From assembly GCA_963823665.1 (NCBI GenBank), contig CAWGMQ010000005.1, positions 1,024,001 through 1,088,000 on the forward strand: a stretch of DNA of 64,000 nt, read 5' to 3'. Under the pieces are notes generated by a model that saw nothing but the letters and a program-made list of their open reading frames with translations, ran no database searches and was not told where the DNA came from. The position numbers and the translations under genes were made by a program. The stretch is from an uncultured Planctomycetota bacterium (GTDB lineage Bacteria; Planctomycetota; Planctomycetia; Isosphaerales; Isosphaeraceae). How positions within the stretch are numbered: position 1 is the first letter of the stretch; every line of letters starts with the position of its first letter. Shown in pieces: positions 30,233 through 39,825 of the stretch.

Positions 30233-30892
30233 TCAAAACATGTGCGATCTCTCCGGAGATCGGCGCGGCTGCCGCCAGCGTCGCGTCAGCCGGCGCGAGA
30301 CCGCGGCGCCGCCGCAACAGCCGAGAGCGGCCACGGCCAGAACGAGCGAATTCGGCTCGGGCGCGGCGGACGCCCCGATGGTGAAGGGCAAGGGCGGGCC
30401 GGAGCCGAGCAAAACCGGTGTGTTGGTGCCGTCGCTTGCCGCCAGGCTCGTGGGGTCGAATGTGAGGCTGCCCGAGCCGGGTTGCTGCGCGACGACGTCG
30501 AAGGTGTAGAACGTGCCGTCGGTGCTGATCGGCGTGTTCGTTACCGAGAAGAAGACGGCGTCGTAGAATGCGTCGGCTTCACCCGCGAACCCTGCGGGGA
30601 CGAAACCGGTCGGGTCGGGAACGATTGCGCCGGCAGTGACATCAGTCGCGGACCCGAGCAGCGAGCTATCAAAGGTCACGGTGCCCGCGAGATAATCCAA
30701 CTGGTCGCCGGAGTTCAATCCGGAAAGCACAACGTCAAAGCGGACGGTCTGCCCCACGCTCAGATTGTTCAGATCGGCCGATTCCGCGACCACCGAGAGC
30801 GTCAGGCCGGCCTTCGCCGGCGGGGCGTCAAATAGAAGTAAGGTCGTAACGACCGCGCACATAAACAGATTGAGTCTGGGTTGCTGTTGCAT
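30233..30892 (-). CDS. Signal peptide + cohesin-like domain + PEP-CTERM sorting signal
   Basis: AKA|G cleavage site; VGQTVRFDV..GTVTFDSSLL..GTFYTFDVVAQQPGSGSLTF beta-sandwich pattern; APEPNSLVLAVAALG followed by an Arg-rich tail. Confidence 0.8.
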   Translation of the reverse strand: MQQQPRLNLFMCAVVTTLLLFDAPPAKAGLTLSVVAESADLNNLSVGQTVRFDVVLSGLNSGDQLDYLAGTVTFDSSLLGSATDVTAGAIVPDPTGFVPAGFAGEADAFYDAVFFSVTNTPISTDGTFYTFDVVAQQPGSGSLTFDPTSLAASDGTNTPVLLGSGPPLPFTIGASAAPEPNSLVLAVAALGCCGGAAVSRRLTRRWRQPRRSPERSHMF

Positions 30893-30914
30893 CGAGGTGA
30901 ACCTTATCTGGATG

Positions 30915-31290
30915 ACCGAAATGCTCCTGGACAATGAGCGGCACGTCGTTGATGTCAACTTGCTGAATCACCCTGGGCACGATCGTCGGCATGGGTTGCA
31001 AGTCATGTCCGCACGCGGGGCGGAGACCGAGGCGATGGTCGAGCGAGTTGTCGTTGATCAATTCAGGTGCGCAGGCGGCGGGTTCGGGCTTGGGGTGACG
31101 TGGCTGCCTGAAAGTGCGGCGTTTCTTCCGGCCCTTCGGCGATGCCGGTTCGAGAGGCTTGACGAAGCCGGAGGACGGCGGCTTGGACGAGGTCGAGGAA
31201 TGTTTCCTCGCAACGGCGAATTGTTCCTGGAGACGGGTGACGGTGGCCTCGAGCGCCAGCGCCCGCGACCGCGCGTCTTGGGAATCCAGC
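30915..31290 (-). pseudogene. IS66-family transposase N-terminal remnant
   Basis: Coiled coil, then KHSSTSSKPPSS, QPRHP, ACGHDL, VIQQVDI..VQEH. Confidence 0.7.
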
Positions 31291-31685
31291 TTCCCCTGCG
31301 AGTGTCGCATATTCGGCCAAGGCTTCCGTGCGTTGGGTTGCATGGGGCGGTATCGTACACGCGTCATCGAGAAAGCACAATACCGCAGATCCCTGGAAGC
31401 CATGAATGCGGCCGGCTCAGCTCGAGGTCTCGATGGCCAGAGATAACCGAGCTGCACGTAACAGTCACTGATCTTGACCAAGGACTGTGCCTTGTGGGGC
31501 CATGCGGCTTCCTGGTCTTGGAATCGAAGCAATTGGTAGTAGAGTGACTCGAAAATGAGAATCGCGTCGTGGAAGCGGAGTTGGCTCGCGTAGTCGTATG
31601 CGATGATGTTCCGTGCTCTCCGGGCACATTTTTGTTACTTGTTATATCGATGCATTTGCATTTACATGCAAACGTCGGGCAGATC

Positions 31686-31870
31686 TTCATGACGCGGAAT
31701 GGCTCGCCGTCGAAGACCAGGACCAAGGCGGCATCTGCCAGGTATTCCTCCTCCCGTGCACTCCATTCCTCGCGCGTGTAAAACCGCGTGTCTCTGGCCA
31801 GTTCATGATCGACCAGCCAGTTGTGGACGTTGCTTCTGAGCTTCTCAGTGGTTTGGTTTGCCTGACTCAG
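31686..31870 (-). pseudogene. Truncated paralog of gene Y (11697-12044)
   Basis: HNWLVDHELARDTRFYTREEWSAREEEYLADAALVLVFDG is nearly identical to gene Y. Start codon is CTG and the 3' half is missing. Confidence 0.8.
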
Positions 31871-32063
31871 AGTTTGGTGGCGCCGGTGGACTGGAGTTCC
31901 TGGAGCCATGCCTCGAGCTCGTCGTCGGTATTGAGGTCGTCGAGGATTTCGCTGGGGCCGTCCCACTCTTCGACTTCGACGTAGAAGTTTGGCTCGTCGC
32001 CTCGGACCTCGTGGTAGAAGTGGCAATGCTCGGCGTTGTGGGCTGGGTGGATCCAGACGATTC
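31867..32063 (-). repeat. Copy B of the gene X fragment
   Basis: IVWIHPAHNAEHCHFYHEVRGDEPNFYVEVEEWDGPSEILDDLNTDDELEAWLQELQSTGATKL*. Confidence 0.9.
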
Positions 32064-32147
32064 AGCGCAAGGCGCAGTCGATATTCGGTGCGCCGCGCGC
32101 GGTTATGGTTCTCGCCCAGGAACACTCGGCGGGCGTAATAGACTCGG

Positions 32148-32805
32148 TTAGCCTTTTTTGTTACGAGCTCTCGTGAGCTTTGAGCGTCTTGGTTGCTTGG
32201 GCGGGGACGGGAGAGCAACATTTTCGACTTTCGCCGGACTCACTTGCTTGGCTAGCGATAGGCGCTCGCGCGCTCTTCGGATCGAGTTTTCGTTGTCGAC
32301 GGTGATGCGCTTTTGTCGGGCGACGAAGGCGAAGTCGCTTCCGAGTTCGAGTATGAACGATTCAAGCTCGCGAAGAATCGCCTGTTCCACGTCCTTTTCG
32401 GCGTAGGGATCGGTCAATCCGAGAAACGTGAGAAAGTAGGGGTCGCGAAAGACGAGGTCGGGCGTCATCCTATCCTCGTCGCGGAGCGCGGCGAGGTCCC
32501 GGGCGATCAGCTCGTCCGGCTTCTTGCTGACCGCCGTGCGTTCATTGAGCAAGTGGCCGATTTTGTATCGGAGCGTGCGCACCGTCCATCGCTCGGCCCG
32601 ACATAGTTCTGCGTAGAAGTCTCGCTTGAGTGCGTCCTTGAGCGGGAGGATCTCGATGAAGTGGCTCCAGCTCAATTGTTTCGACAGCGCCGAAACTATT
32701 TCTGGATCTGGGAATGCCTCTGCCAACCACATCATTCGCGACAGACTCGGCTTTGAGTATCCACGCCCGTACTCACTCGTCAATTGTTTCGACAGCGCCG
32801 AAACA
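32148..32805 (-). pseudogene. YhcG/DUF1016 PDDEXK-nuclease family fragment
   Basis: YGRGYS, LSWSHF, FYAELC..WTVRTL, FRDPYFLTFLGL, FILELGSDFAFVARQKRI. N-terminus and catalytic core are missing. Confidence 0.85.
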
Positions 32806-32806
32806 G

Positions 32807-33030
32807 GCCTCGAGGTCGTCGTCGGTCTGAAGGTCGTCGAGGATTTCGGATGGGCCGTCCCATTCTTCGACTTCGACGTAGAAGTTCGGGAGGTCGCCTG
32901 GTTCGTCGTTGAAATGGTGGCAGTGCTCGGCTTCGTGGGCGGGATGAATCCAGACGATTCGGTGGGTGGTTGCGTTTTCCGCGACGGTGGACGATCACTT
33001 TTGAGGGGATGTCGACCTGCGTTGGCTTGC
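32807..33030 (-). repeat. Copy C of the gene X fragment (3'-truncated)
   Basis: DIPSKVIVHRRG..IVWIHPAHEAEHCHHFNDEPGDLPNFYVEVEEWDGPSEILDDLQTDDDLEA. Confidence 0.88.
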
Positions 33031-33057
33031 GAGGACCGTAGTGCGAGCGGGATTGTT

Positions 33058-33546
33058 TCACTCTGCCGCCTGTTCCAGGACCTCGTTCCACACAGCTTCC
33101 GATAGCCGCATGCCTCGGGCGCGAAGATGCTCGAGCAGTACGCGCACTGAGGGAATAAGCCCGCGTTGTTTGGCGTCGATGAGTAGCCGTAGAGTCCCGG
33201 TCTTGGGAATCCCAAGCCGATCGGCTTCCGCGCGGGCGGCTCGATCATCGAGAACAACAGACGCGCCGGGCATTTCGAGAGCCACCGATAGAACGGCGAT
33301 CTCCCCGGCGTCGATTCTTCTGGGATTGATGTTCGCGTTCGGCGCAGGTGTCGGGACCACTCTAAGCCACGCGCTGGCCGCCGTTTCCACCAGACTTGCA
33401 CTCGGATCGTGCCTCGCGCCGAACATTACTTCATCGAACACGGCCGAAGGGACAATGACTTCAGAACCCTGTCCGGATTCACGAAGTAATTCGAGCAGAG
33501 ACAGTCGCGAAAGGTGGATCAGGGGTGATGCGTTAACGACGCGCAT
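33058..33546 (-). CDS. DUF3368 PIN-like protein (putative toxin)
   Basis: VVNASPLIHL, IDAGEIAVL, LDDRAARAEA, GTLRLLIDAKQRGLI. Confidence 0.88.
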   Translation of the reverse strand: MRVVNASPLIHLSRLSLLELLRESGQGSEVIVPSAVFDEVMFGARHDPSASLVETAASAWLRVVPTPAPNANINPRRIDAGEIAVLSVALEMPGASVVLDDRAARAEADRLGIPKTGTLRLLIDAKQRGLIPSVRVLLEHLRARGMRLSEAVWNEVLEQAAE

Positions 33547-33799
33547 TCAGCGCCTGCATCGCTTCCGCCTTGAGCTCCTCGGCGGTTGTCTGAATTGCGC
33601 TGACGTTGGCTCGACCGAGCGCATCAATGAATTCCACGCGGCTCAGCCCAGCAATCTCAGCCCCCTTACCTTGGGAGATCAAGCCGCGATCGTACCAGAA
33701 GATTGCCGCGGCCAAGCGAAGCTGGGCCGGGAAGTCGTCTGGCGAGCACCAGCCGAGCTCCATGGCGGAGTCTGGCATCTCAAGAGTGATGGTTTTCAT
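33533..33799 (-). CDS. UPF0175-family protein (putative antitoxin)
   Basis: LRLAAAIFWYDRGLISQGKGAEIAGLSRVEFIDAL. Overlaps the DUF3368 start. Confidence 0.88.
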   Translation of the reverse strand: MKTITLEMPDSAMELGWCSPDDFPAQLRLAAAIFWYDRGLISQGKGAEIAGLSRVEFIDALGRANVSAIQTTAEELKAEAMQALNARR

Positions 33800-33929
33800 T
33801 TGGCCTGCTCGGTTGAACTCAATAGACTGGCCTGGGTTTCCGGCGAGAGCGTGATTGTAACCGTCCATGATTATAAGGCTTGGGCCATCAAGTGCGAAAG
33901 CTAGCCCACGATTGTTTGGTTTGCCTGAC

Positions 33930-34118
33930 TCATATTGTAGTGGCGCCGGTGGACTGGAGTTCCTGGAGCCATGCCTCGAGGTCGTCGTCGGTCTGGAGGT
34001 CATCGAGGATTTCGGATGGGCCGTCCCATTCTTCGACTTCGACGTAGAAGTTTGGCTCGTCGCCTGGGACTTGGTGAAAGAAGTGGCAATGCTCGGCGTT
34101 GTGAGCTGGGTGGATCCG
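33930..34118 (-). repeat. Copy D of the gene X fragment, followed by only the first codons of gene Y
   Basis: IHPAHNAEHCHFFHQVPGDEPNFYVEVEEWDGPSEILDDLQTDDDLEAWLQELQSTGATTI*, then an ATGA overlap and MSQANQTIVG*. Confidence 0.9.
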
Positions 34119-34672
34119 AAGAATCCGATGGAAGGTGGTCCGTCCCTCACCGTGCTACACGATCGAGGGAATTCTGAGTCGACGGTCTTTCCCTGTGCCG
34201 ATCTGTGAGCACCTCAAGGAAGCGTCGACGAGTTCCGCGCACTGTGAGTAACGGCGCTGAGGCTATCGCTTTCGCAGTCCAACTTGCGGGGTTGAGAATT
34301 CAGTTTCTGCGTGGCTCGTATCGTTCGCGATGGTCGGACGGTAAGATTTTGTTGGAGAATCGGCCCTTTGGGAACTGAGTCGCTGGGTGACGTCCTGCGA
34401 TCGCGTGGGGAGCGAGCAATTCGACCACGCATTTCGCGTGCGCTGGTACCGGCTGGCGTTGAAGGCCCCGCAGACCCTCGCGTGGTGGTTTCACACGACG
34501 GTCTGAATCCGGTCTCGGGTGCACCAGGAGCTCGGCGGCTTGCATTTGGCACAAAGACGGCGTCGCACGAGGAACGTACTTCCGATCAACGGTGATTTAG
34601 CTCGTTCGGCTGTTGTCGGCATCGTTTGGGTCACTGCGTCTCATTAATTCGCTCTGTTTGAGGTCGACACGC

Positions 34673-37600
34673 GTGTCTCAGAACTCAGCAAGTTCTACTA
34701 CTCAACCGCTGTCGCCTGGCCTATACGAGCAACTTGTCAATTCGATTCTCGATCACAAGTTGGCGCAGTTGCGCGAATCCGGCTTCCACGTAACCGATGG
34801 TAGTCTCGATGCGGGGGACAGCAGCGTCGCCTTAGCTGATTACGTCCGACAGGTTGTCCGCAGCGCTCTTGGTGAATTCACCGGCGATGATCGATTAGAG
34901 CGCCAGCTGGAGCTGGTTAACCGCATTGTCGGACAGTTGGAAGAGTCGGATCCGATGAATGAACAGCGGCTTGTAACGCCGGCACGGCTATTGATCGGTG
35001 TATGGCCACAGGACGAATTCGGGCGGAGGACGATCGAGCGGCCGGATACTCCGCTGGCGCTTGGATGCCTGCTCGCCGGAACGCGTCTTGACCCCACCCT
35101 GGTTTCGCAGATCCGGAAGGAGCTTTCTTCAGCGGACCGCGTCGATATCCTCTGCTCGTTCATTAAGTGGAGTGGCATCCGGATACTCGAGGATGACCTC
35201 CGTACTTTCACAGCGCGTTCTGCGGTTCGTCTGCGTGTTCTCACAACCAGCTATCTCGGCGCCACCGACTTAAAAGCAGTTGACCTTTTGGAATCGCTAC
35301 AGAACACCGAGGTGCGCGTTTCTTACGACACGCACCGAACACGGCTACATGCCAAGGCGTACCTTTTTCATCGCAACTCCACATTCGGTTGCGCTTATGT
35401 TGGTTCTGCGAATATATCGCATCCGGCTTTGACCGAGGGTCTCGAGTGGACGGTCAAGTTGAGCCAGTACGAGTCGCCAGGGTTGTGGCAGCGCGTCGTT
35501 GCAACGTTTGAGGCTTATTGGGAGGATCGGGAATTCGAGCCATATCACACCGCGGAACGGCCACGCTTGAAGCGCGCGCTCGAGGAGGAGCGGTCGGTCG
35601 GCACGTCCGGGCCGGAACCGTTCCCGTTCGAGCTGCGGCCATACGAGTTTCAGCAAGAGATTCTCGACCGACTCGACGCTGAGCGACGTATACAGGGGCG
35701 TGACCGCCACCTTGTCGTCGCAGCGACCGGAACCGGTAAGACGATGATCGCCGCGTTCGACTTTCGTCGGTGGGCTCGAGAGCAATCGATGGCAATCGGC
35801 CGGTTGCCTCGGCTTCTGTTTATCGCTCATCGCGAGGAGTTGCTGAAGCAGGCGTTGCAGACGTTCAGAGCGGTCCTCCGGGAACCAAATTTCGGGGACT
35901 TGATCGTTCGGGGGCACCAGCCGGAACAGCTCGATCACTTGTTCGTGTCGATACAGAGCTACAACAGCCGGGCGCTCACTGCCATGCCCGCTGATCATTA
36001 CGAGTATGTCGTAGTTGACGAATTCCACCATGCCGCCGCGTCGAGCTACAAGCTACTTCTCGAACACGTTCGGCCGCAGGTCCTCCTCGGACTGACCGCG
36101 ACGCCTGAGCGCGCCGATAATCTCGATATCCTTGCGTACTTCGATCGGCACCTCAGCGCGCAGATCCGACTGCCCGACGCGATTAATCGCAAGCTGCTCT
36201 CGCCGTTCCAGTACTTCGCGGTTAGTGACAGCGAAGATCTCAGTGGCCTGAAATGGCAGCGAGGCGGATATCGGCCCGATGAGCTCGACCGGATTTACAC
36301 CGGCAATGACCTCCGGGCGTCCTTGGTGATCGACAAAGTGCGCTCGATCGTGCTGGACGTACGAAGAGCCAGGGGTCTGGGTTTCTGTGTCAGCATCGCA
36401 CATGCCGAGTACATGGCACGAAAATTCCGCGAGGCCGGCGTTCCCGCCGAGGCTCTGTCGGCCGAAAGCGATCAGGCCGCTCGTCGAACGGCCCAATCTC
36501 GACTAAGTCGCTGCGAACTGAACTTCCTGTTCGTCGTGGACTTGTACAACGAGGGGATCGACATACCAGAGGTCGACACGGTGTTGTTCCTCCGACCGAC
36601 AGAAAGCCTCACCGTCTTTCTTCAGCAGCTCGGCCGAGGGCTGAGGTTGTGCGAGGGAAAGGAGTGCCTAACGGTCCTCGACTTTGTAGGACAGGCGCAC
36701 CGCAGTTTTCGGTTCGACCAGCGTTACAAAGCTCTCTTGACCGACCCTCGGGTGCGCCTCACCGAGCAGGTCGAGCACGGCTTCACTCACCTGCCAGCCG
36801 GCTGCGCGATTCTGATGGAGCGACTCGCGCGGCAGCACGTCCTTGAGAACATTCGGCAGACTTTGCGCCAGTTTCGTTCGACCCTGGAGGGTGCGTTGCG
36901 CGAGCTAGCTGCGGCGATGGATCGGCCCCCGTCGCTGTCCGAATTCCTAGAGTACACAGGGATCGAGTTGGACGACCTGTATCGCCGGAAGGTCTCTTGG
37001 TCGCGACTCGAGTCCACTGTTGAGCTACGACAACAGTTTGACGATCCGGATGAGGCACAACTCACCAAAGGTCTCCGGCGCGTTGCCCATATCGCGGACG
37101 CTGAGTGCATTCGGCAACTCCTCGTTCTACTTGATCCGGAGCTCTCGGAGCGATCGACCTTTACCCTCAACCCGCTCGACGAGCGCAGATTGTTAATGCT
37201 CGAAGTCGGTCTCTGGTCGCCACGGGGCCTGTCGGCTTCAGCGTCCGAGTGTCTCCAACGGCTCGACGCCAATCCAACGCTTCGCGGAGAACTCCGTACG
37301 CTGCTCGCGCTTCGGCTCGACTGCATTGATTCGGTTGCTCCGCCTATTCGTCTCCCGTTCCCTTGCCCGTTGACGTTGCACGCTCCCTACACCCGGGACG
37401 AGATTCTCGTCGCGCTGGGTCATTGGACTCGCAGCGAGCAGCCCGAGATGCGTGAGGGAGTCCTTCATCTGCCGCAATTACGAGCTGATGTATTCTTCGT
37501 TACGCTTCAGAAAACGGAGAAAGATTACTCGCCGACGACGATGTACCAGGACTACGCAATCAACGAGCAGTTGTTCCACTGGCAGTCGCAAAGTACAACC

Positions 37601-37840
37601 TCGGCCGAGTCGCCCACCGGGCGTCGTTACGTCGAGCACGTCGAGCGCGGCTACACCGTGCTGTTGTTCGGCCGAGAGCAAAGACAACGGCAAGGCAGCC
37701 TCGCGCTACCCTACTCTTTCCTCGGGCCGGCTCGCTATGTCGAACACAGTGGCAGCCGACCGATGACTATCACATGGCGCCTGGAATATCCGCTGCCAGC
37801 TCGGCTTTTCCGCTCGCTGGCCCGGCTCGCGGTGGCCTAG
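34673..37840 (+). CDS. PLD nuclease + SF2 helicase + DUF3427 protein (SauUSI-like type IV restriction architecture)
   Basis: LHAKAY..GSAN; ATGTGKT; DEFHH; LTATPER; QQLGRGLR; YQDYAIN..FHWQSQS. Confidence 0.88.
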   Translation: MSQNSASSTTQPLSPGLYEQLVNSILDHKLAQLRESGFHVTDGSLDAGDSSVALADYVRQVVRSALGEFTGDDRLERQLELVNRIVGQLEESDPMNEQRLVTPARLLIGVWPQDEFGRRTIERPDTPLALGCLLAGTRLDPTLVSQIRKELSSADRVDILCSFIKWSGIRILEDDLRTFTARSAVRLRVLTTSYLGATDLKAVDLLESLQNTEVRVSYDTHRTRLHAKAYLFHRNSTFGCAYVGSANISHPALTEGLEWTVKLSQYESPGLWQRVVATFEAYWEDREFEPYHTAERPRLKRALEEERSVGTSGPEPFPFELRPYEFQQEILDRLDAERRIQGRDRHLVVAATGTGKTMIAAFDFRRWAREQSMAIGRLPRLLFIAHREELLKQALQTFRAVLREPNFGDLIVRGHQPEQLDHLFVSIQSYNSRALTAMPADHYEYVVVDEFHHAAASSYKLLLEHVRPQVLLGLTATPERADNLDILAYFDRHLSAQIRLPDAINRKLLSPFQYFAVSDSEDLSGLKWQRGGYRPDELDRIYTGNDLRASLVIDKVRSIVLDVRRARGLGFCVSIAHAEYMARKFREAGVPAEALSAESDQAARRTAQSRLSRCELNFLFVVDLYNEGIDIPEVDTVLFLRPTESLTVFLQQLGRGLRLCEGKECLTVLDFVGQAHRSFRFDQRYKALLTDPRVRLTEQVEHGFTHLPAGCAILMERLARQHVLENIRQTLRQFRSTLEGALRELAAAMDRPPSLSEFLEYTGIELDDLYRRKVSWSRLESTVELRQQFDDPDEAQLTKGLRRVAHIADAECIRQLLVLLDPELSERSTFTLNPLDERRLLMLEVGLWSPRGLSASASECLQRLDANPTLRGELRTLLALRLDCIDSVAPPIRLPFPCPLTLHAPYTRDEILVALGHWTRSEQPEMREGVLHLPQLRADVFFVTLQKTEKDYSPTTMYQDYAINEQLFHWQSQSTTSAESPTGRRYVEHVERGYTVLLFGREQRQRQGSLALPYSFLGPARYVEHSGSRPMTITWRLEYPLPARLFRSLARLAVA

Positions 37841-38363
37841 AGCTCAGCGCTCGGAGCGCCATCGGACAGTGCGCGATTTCAGAGCCACTTCAGAGCTGGA
37901 GGAGAATGGTCGCAGGTGCGTGCTGCGCAGTGCACACACTCGATACGCGGTTGCGATCTGCACAAGGCAGAACACGGGTTGCACGTCCATGCCAGCGGGA
38001 CTGGGTGGTGTTCCCTTCCAAGGGATCGGGAATGATCTAATCTGCTACAAGGGTTCTGACTCCAGCGAAGTGAAGGCTTCGGAAGCCTAGGAGCGCGCAG
38101 CGGAGCACAAACTTCCTGCTCAACTGGCGACGCGCAATGGCGCATACGCGGGTGGGAGCGGATAAATAGGATCGCCTGAAACATTCGGCATCACTTGTCG
38201 CTGACGCCGAGTCGGTCGGAGGCGATATGGCGCGGCTCGCCTGCGGGACTTAGAAATTTGGCAACAACGTGACACGGCGATGAGAAAGTCGTAGTATTTC
38301 CGGACGGCGAAAGTCGCGAGGTCGGCTTACCTACGCAGTAGTGGGCGGGTCACGCAGCCAAGA

Positions 38364-38525
38364 CGCTACCCGGGTGACGAGCGCGAGCGGGCTCCAGAGG
38401 GTGTGACAATCCAGATTCACACGCTTCCGGTCCGCCAGCAAGAGCGCGGAGCTGTGATCGCAGAAAATGTTCCAACCTTAGCCGTGTGGATTCCTCAGTC
38501 AATGGCTGAGGGCTGGCTCGTTTAA
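38364..38525 (+). pseudogene. Probable C-terminal remnant of a Z1-domain protein
   Basis: Startless frame RYPGDE..VTIQIHTL..NVPTLAVWIPQSMAEGWLV* immediately upstream of the DUF4420 gene, the usual position of Z1 genes. Confidence 0.5.
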
Positions 38526-38545
38526 GAGCGGGCCCAGGGTGAGTT

Positions 38546-39559
38546 GTGACCGTGGATCTCTTCGCCTTGTTTGAATCGCTCGTGGTGCCGACCGAGTTGC
38601 CAACCGGGCGTAGCTTGTCGGCTGTGGAGATCCCAGGCTGGACAAGTCATCGACTGGCGAAGGATTCAGCCGGCTCACTGTGCCTGTTGGTGCGTGAGCG
38701 GACGTCAGCGCGCTCCGCAGCGCCGATTCGCCTGCAGAATCTCGTGGTGTCGTATCGCGTGCCGTGCGCAATTAGTCATCGCGACGGCACACAGGAAGAA
38801 GGAGTGTTCACGATCATTAAGTGCACCAGCAGCGACCCATCGCTGTTTCCACATTTTTTGCGGGTTCTCTCGCCTGTTATCGAGACGCTTGGTGCAACTC
38901 CAACGGCCGCGGCCCTGCGGCGGGCAATCTCGGGACTCGTAGATCTCTTTCAAGCACTCACGGCGCCAGCCAAGAAGGCTGTGCAGGGGCTTTGGGCTGA
39001 GTTGTTCGTAATCCGCTGTGCAAGCGATCCTGGCGCCTTAGTGGGGGCCTGGCATAACAATCCGTCGGAGCTCGTTGATTTTGTGAGCAGTCGTCAGCGG
39101 ATTGAAGTCAAAAGCAGTAGCAATCGAAGACGCGTTCATCATTTCTCCCTCGTCCAGCTAATGCCGCCGGCTAATTCAAGACTGCTTGTCGCGTCGGTCT
39201 TCGTCGAGCCGATAGGGGGTGGAGTGTCCCTTCGAGCGCTCTCGGACAACATTCGGCGTGTGCTCGCGAGCAAGCCTGCGTTGCTGACGCATTTCGACGA
39301 CGTTTTCTACTCGACCTTGGGAGCCAGTTGGAGCGACGTAATGGAGGACTGCTTTGACCTGGAACTCGCACGTGAATCTTTGGAATTCTTCGATTCTGTG
39401 AATCTTCCGAAGATCGACGCCACCGGGGTCCCGCGCACCGTGAGCGACGTTCGCTTCACTTCCGACATATCGGGAGCACCGGCTTTGACCTCAGCGACGT
39501 TGGGCGGAGCGGGTCCACTTTTTGCCGCCGCAATCCCCGGACAGCGAGAGCTTTTTTGA
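38546..39559 (+). CDS. PD-(D/E)XK motif protein (DUF4420)
   Basis: VQGLWAELF..AWH..VDF..IEVKSS..RVHHFSLVQL. Confidence 0.85.
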   Translation: MTVDLFALFESLVVPTELPTGRSLSAVEIPGWTSHRLAKDSAGSLCLLVRERTSARSAAPIRLQNLVVSYRVPCAISHRDGTQEEGVFTIIKCTSSDPSLFPHFLRVLSPVIETLGATPTAAALRRAISGLVDLFQALTAPAKKAVQGLWAELFVIRCASDPGALVGAWHNNPSELVDFVSSRQRIEVKSSSNRRRVHHFSLVQLMPPANSRLLVASVFVEPIGGGVSLRALSDNIRRVLASKPALLTHFDDVFYSTLGASWSDVMEDCFDLELARESLEFFDSVNLPKIDATGVPRTVSDVRFTSDISGAPALTSATLGGAGPLFAAAIPGQRELF

Positions 39560-39825
39560 GTAACATAACCGCAGCGCGACGGCTTAGAGGCGATCGAAAG
39601 GGTGCAAAGGCTTAGCGGGCCGTTATGCACGAACATCATGTTTACCAGACCACGGTAGCCGCTCCGAACGCAGAAGTTGTCAGACGCGTCCGCCGCTGAC
39701 GTGGTTGAAGTTTTTGCAGAGAACCTTCTTGAAACCGGGGCGGAGAAGAAGCCAAGCGGAAGGCTGGAAGAATCTCCCGTGCCTCGGATGCAGCCAATTG
39801 GCGAACCCTGTCGGAGGCGCACGCG

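Noticed and set aside
32673..32804. 24-bp direct repeat CAATTGTTTCGACAGCGCCGAAAC as an att site
   Set aside because: Both copies encode VSALSKQL within the DUF1016 frame, so an internal coding repeat is the simpler explanation.
32148..33401. 417-aa ORF as one real protein
   Set aside because: Chimeric frame crossing the DUF3368 gene and repeat copy C; only 32148-32805 resembles DUF1016.
12041..34118. Diversity-generating retroelement (RT plus TR/VR repeats)
   Set aside because: The RT has group II intron boundaries and domain X, and differences between repeat copies are not confined to adenines.
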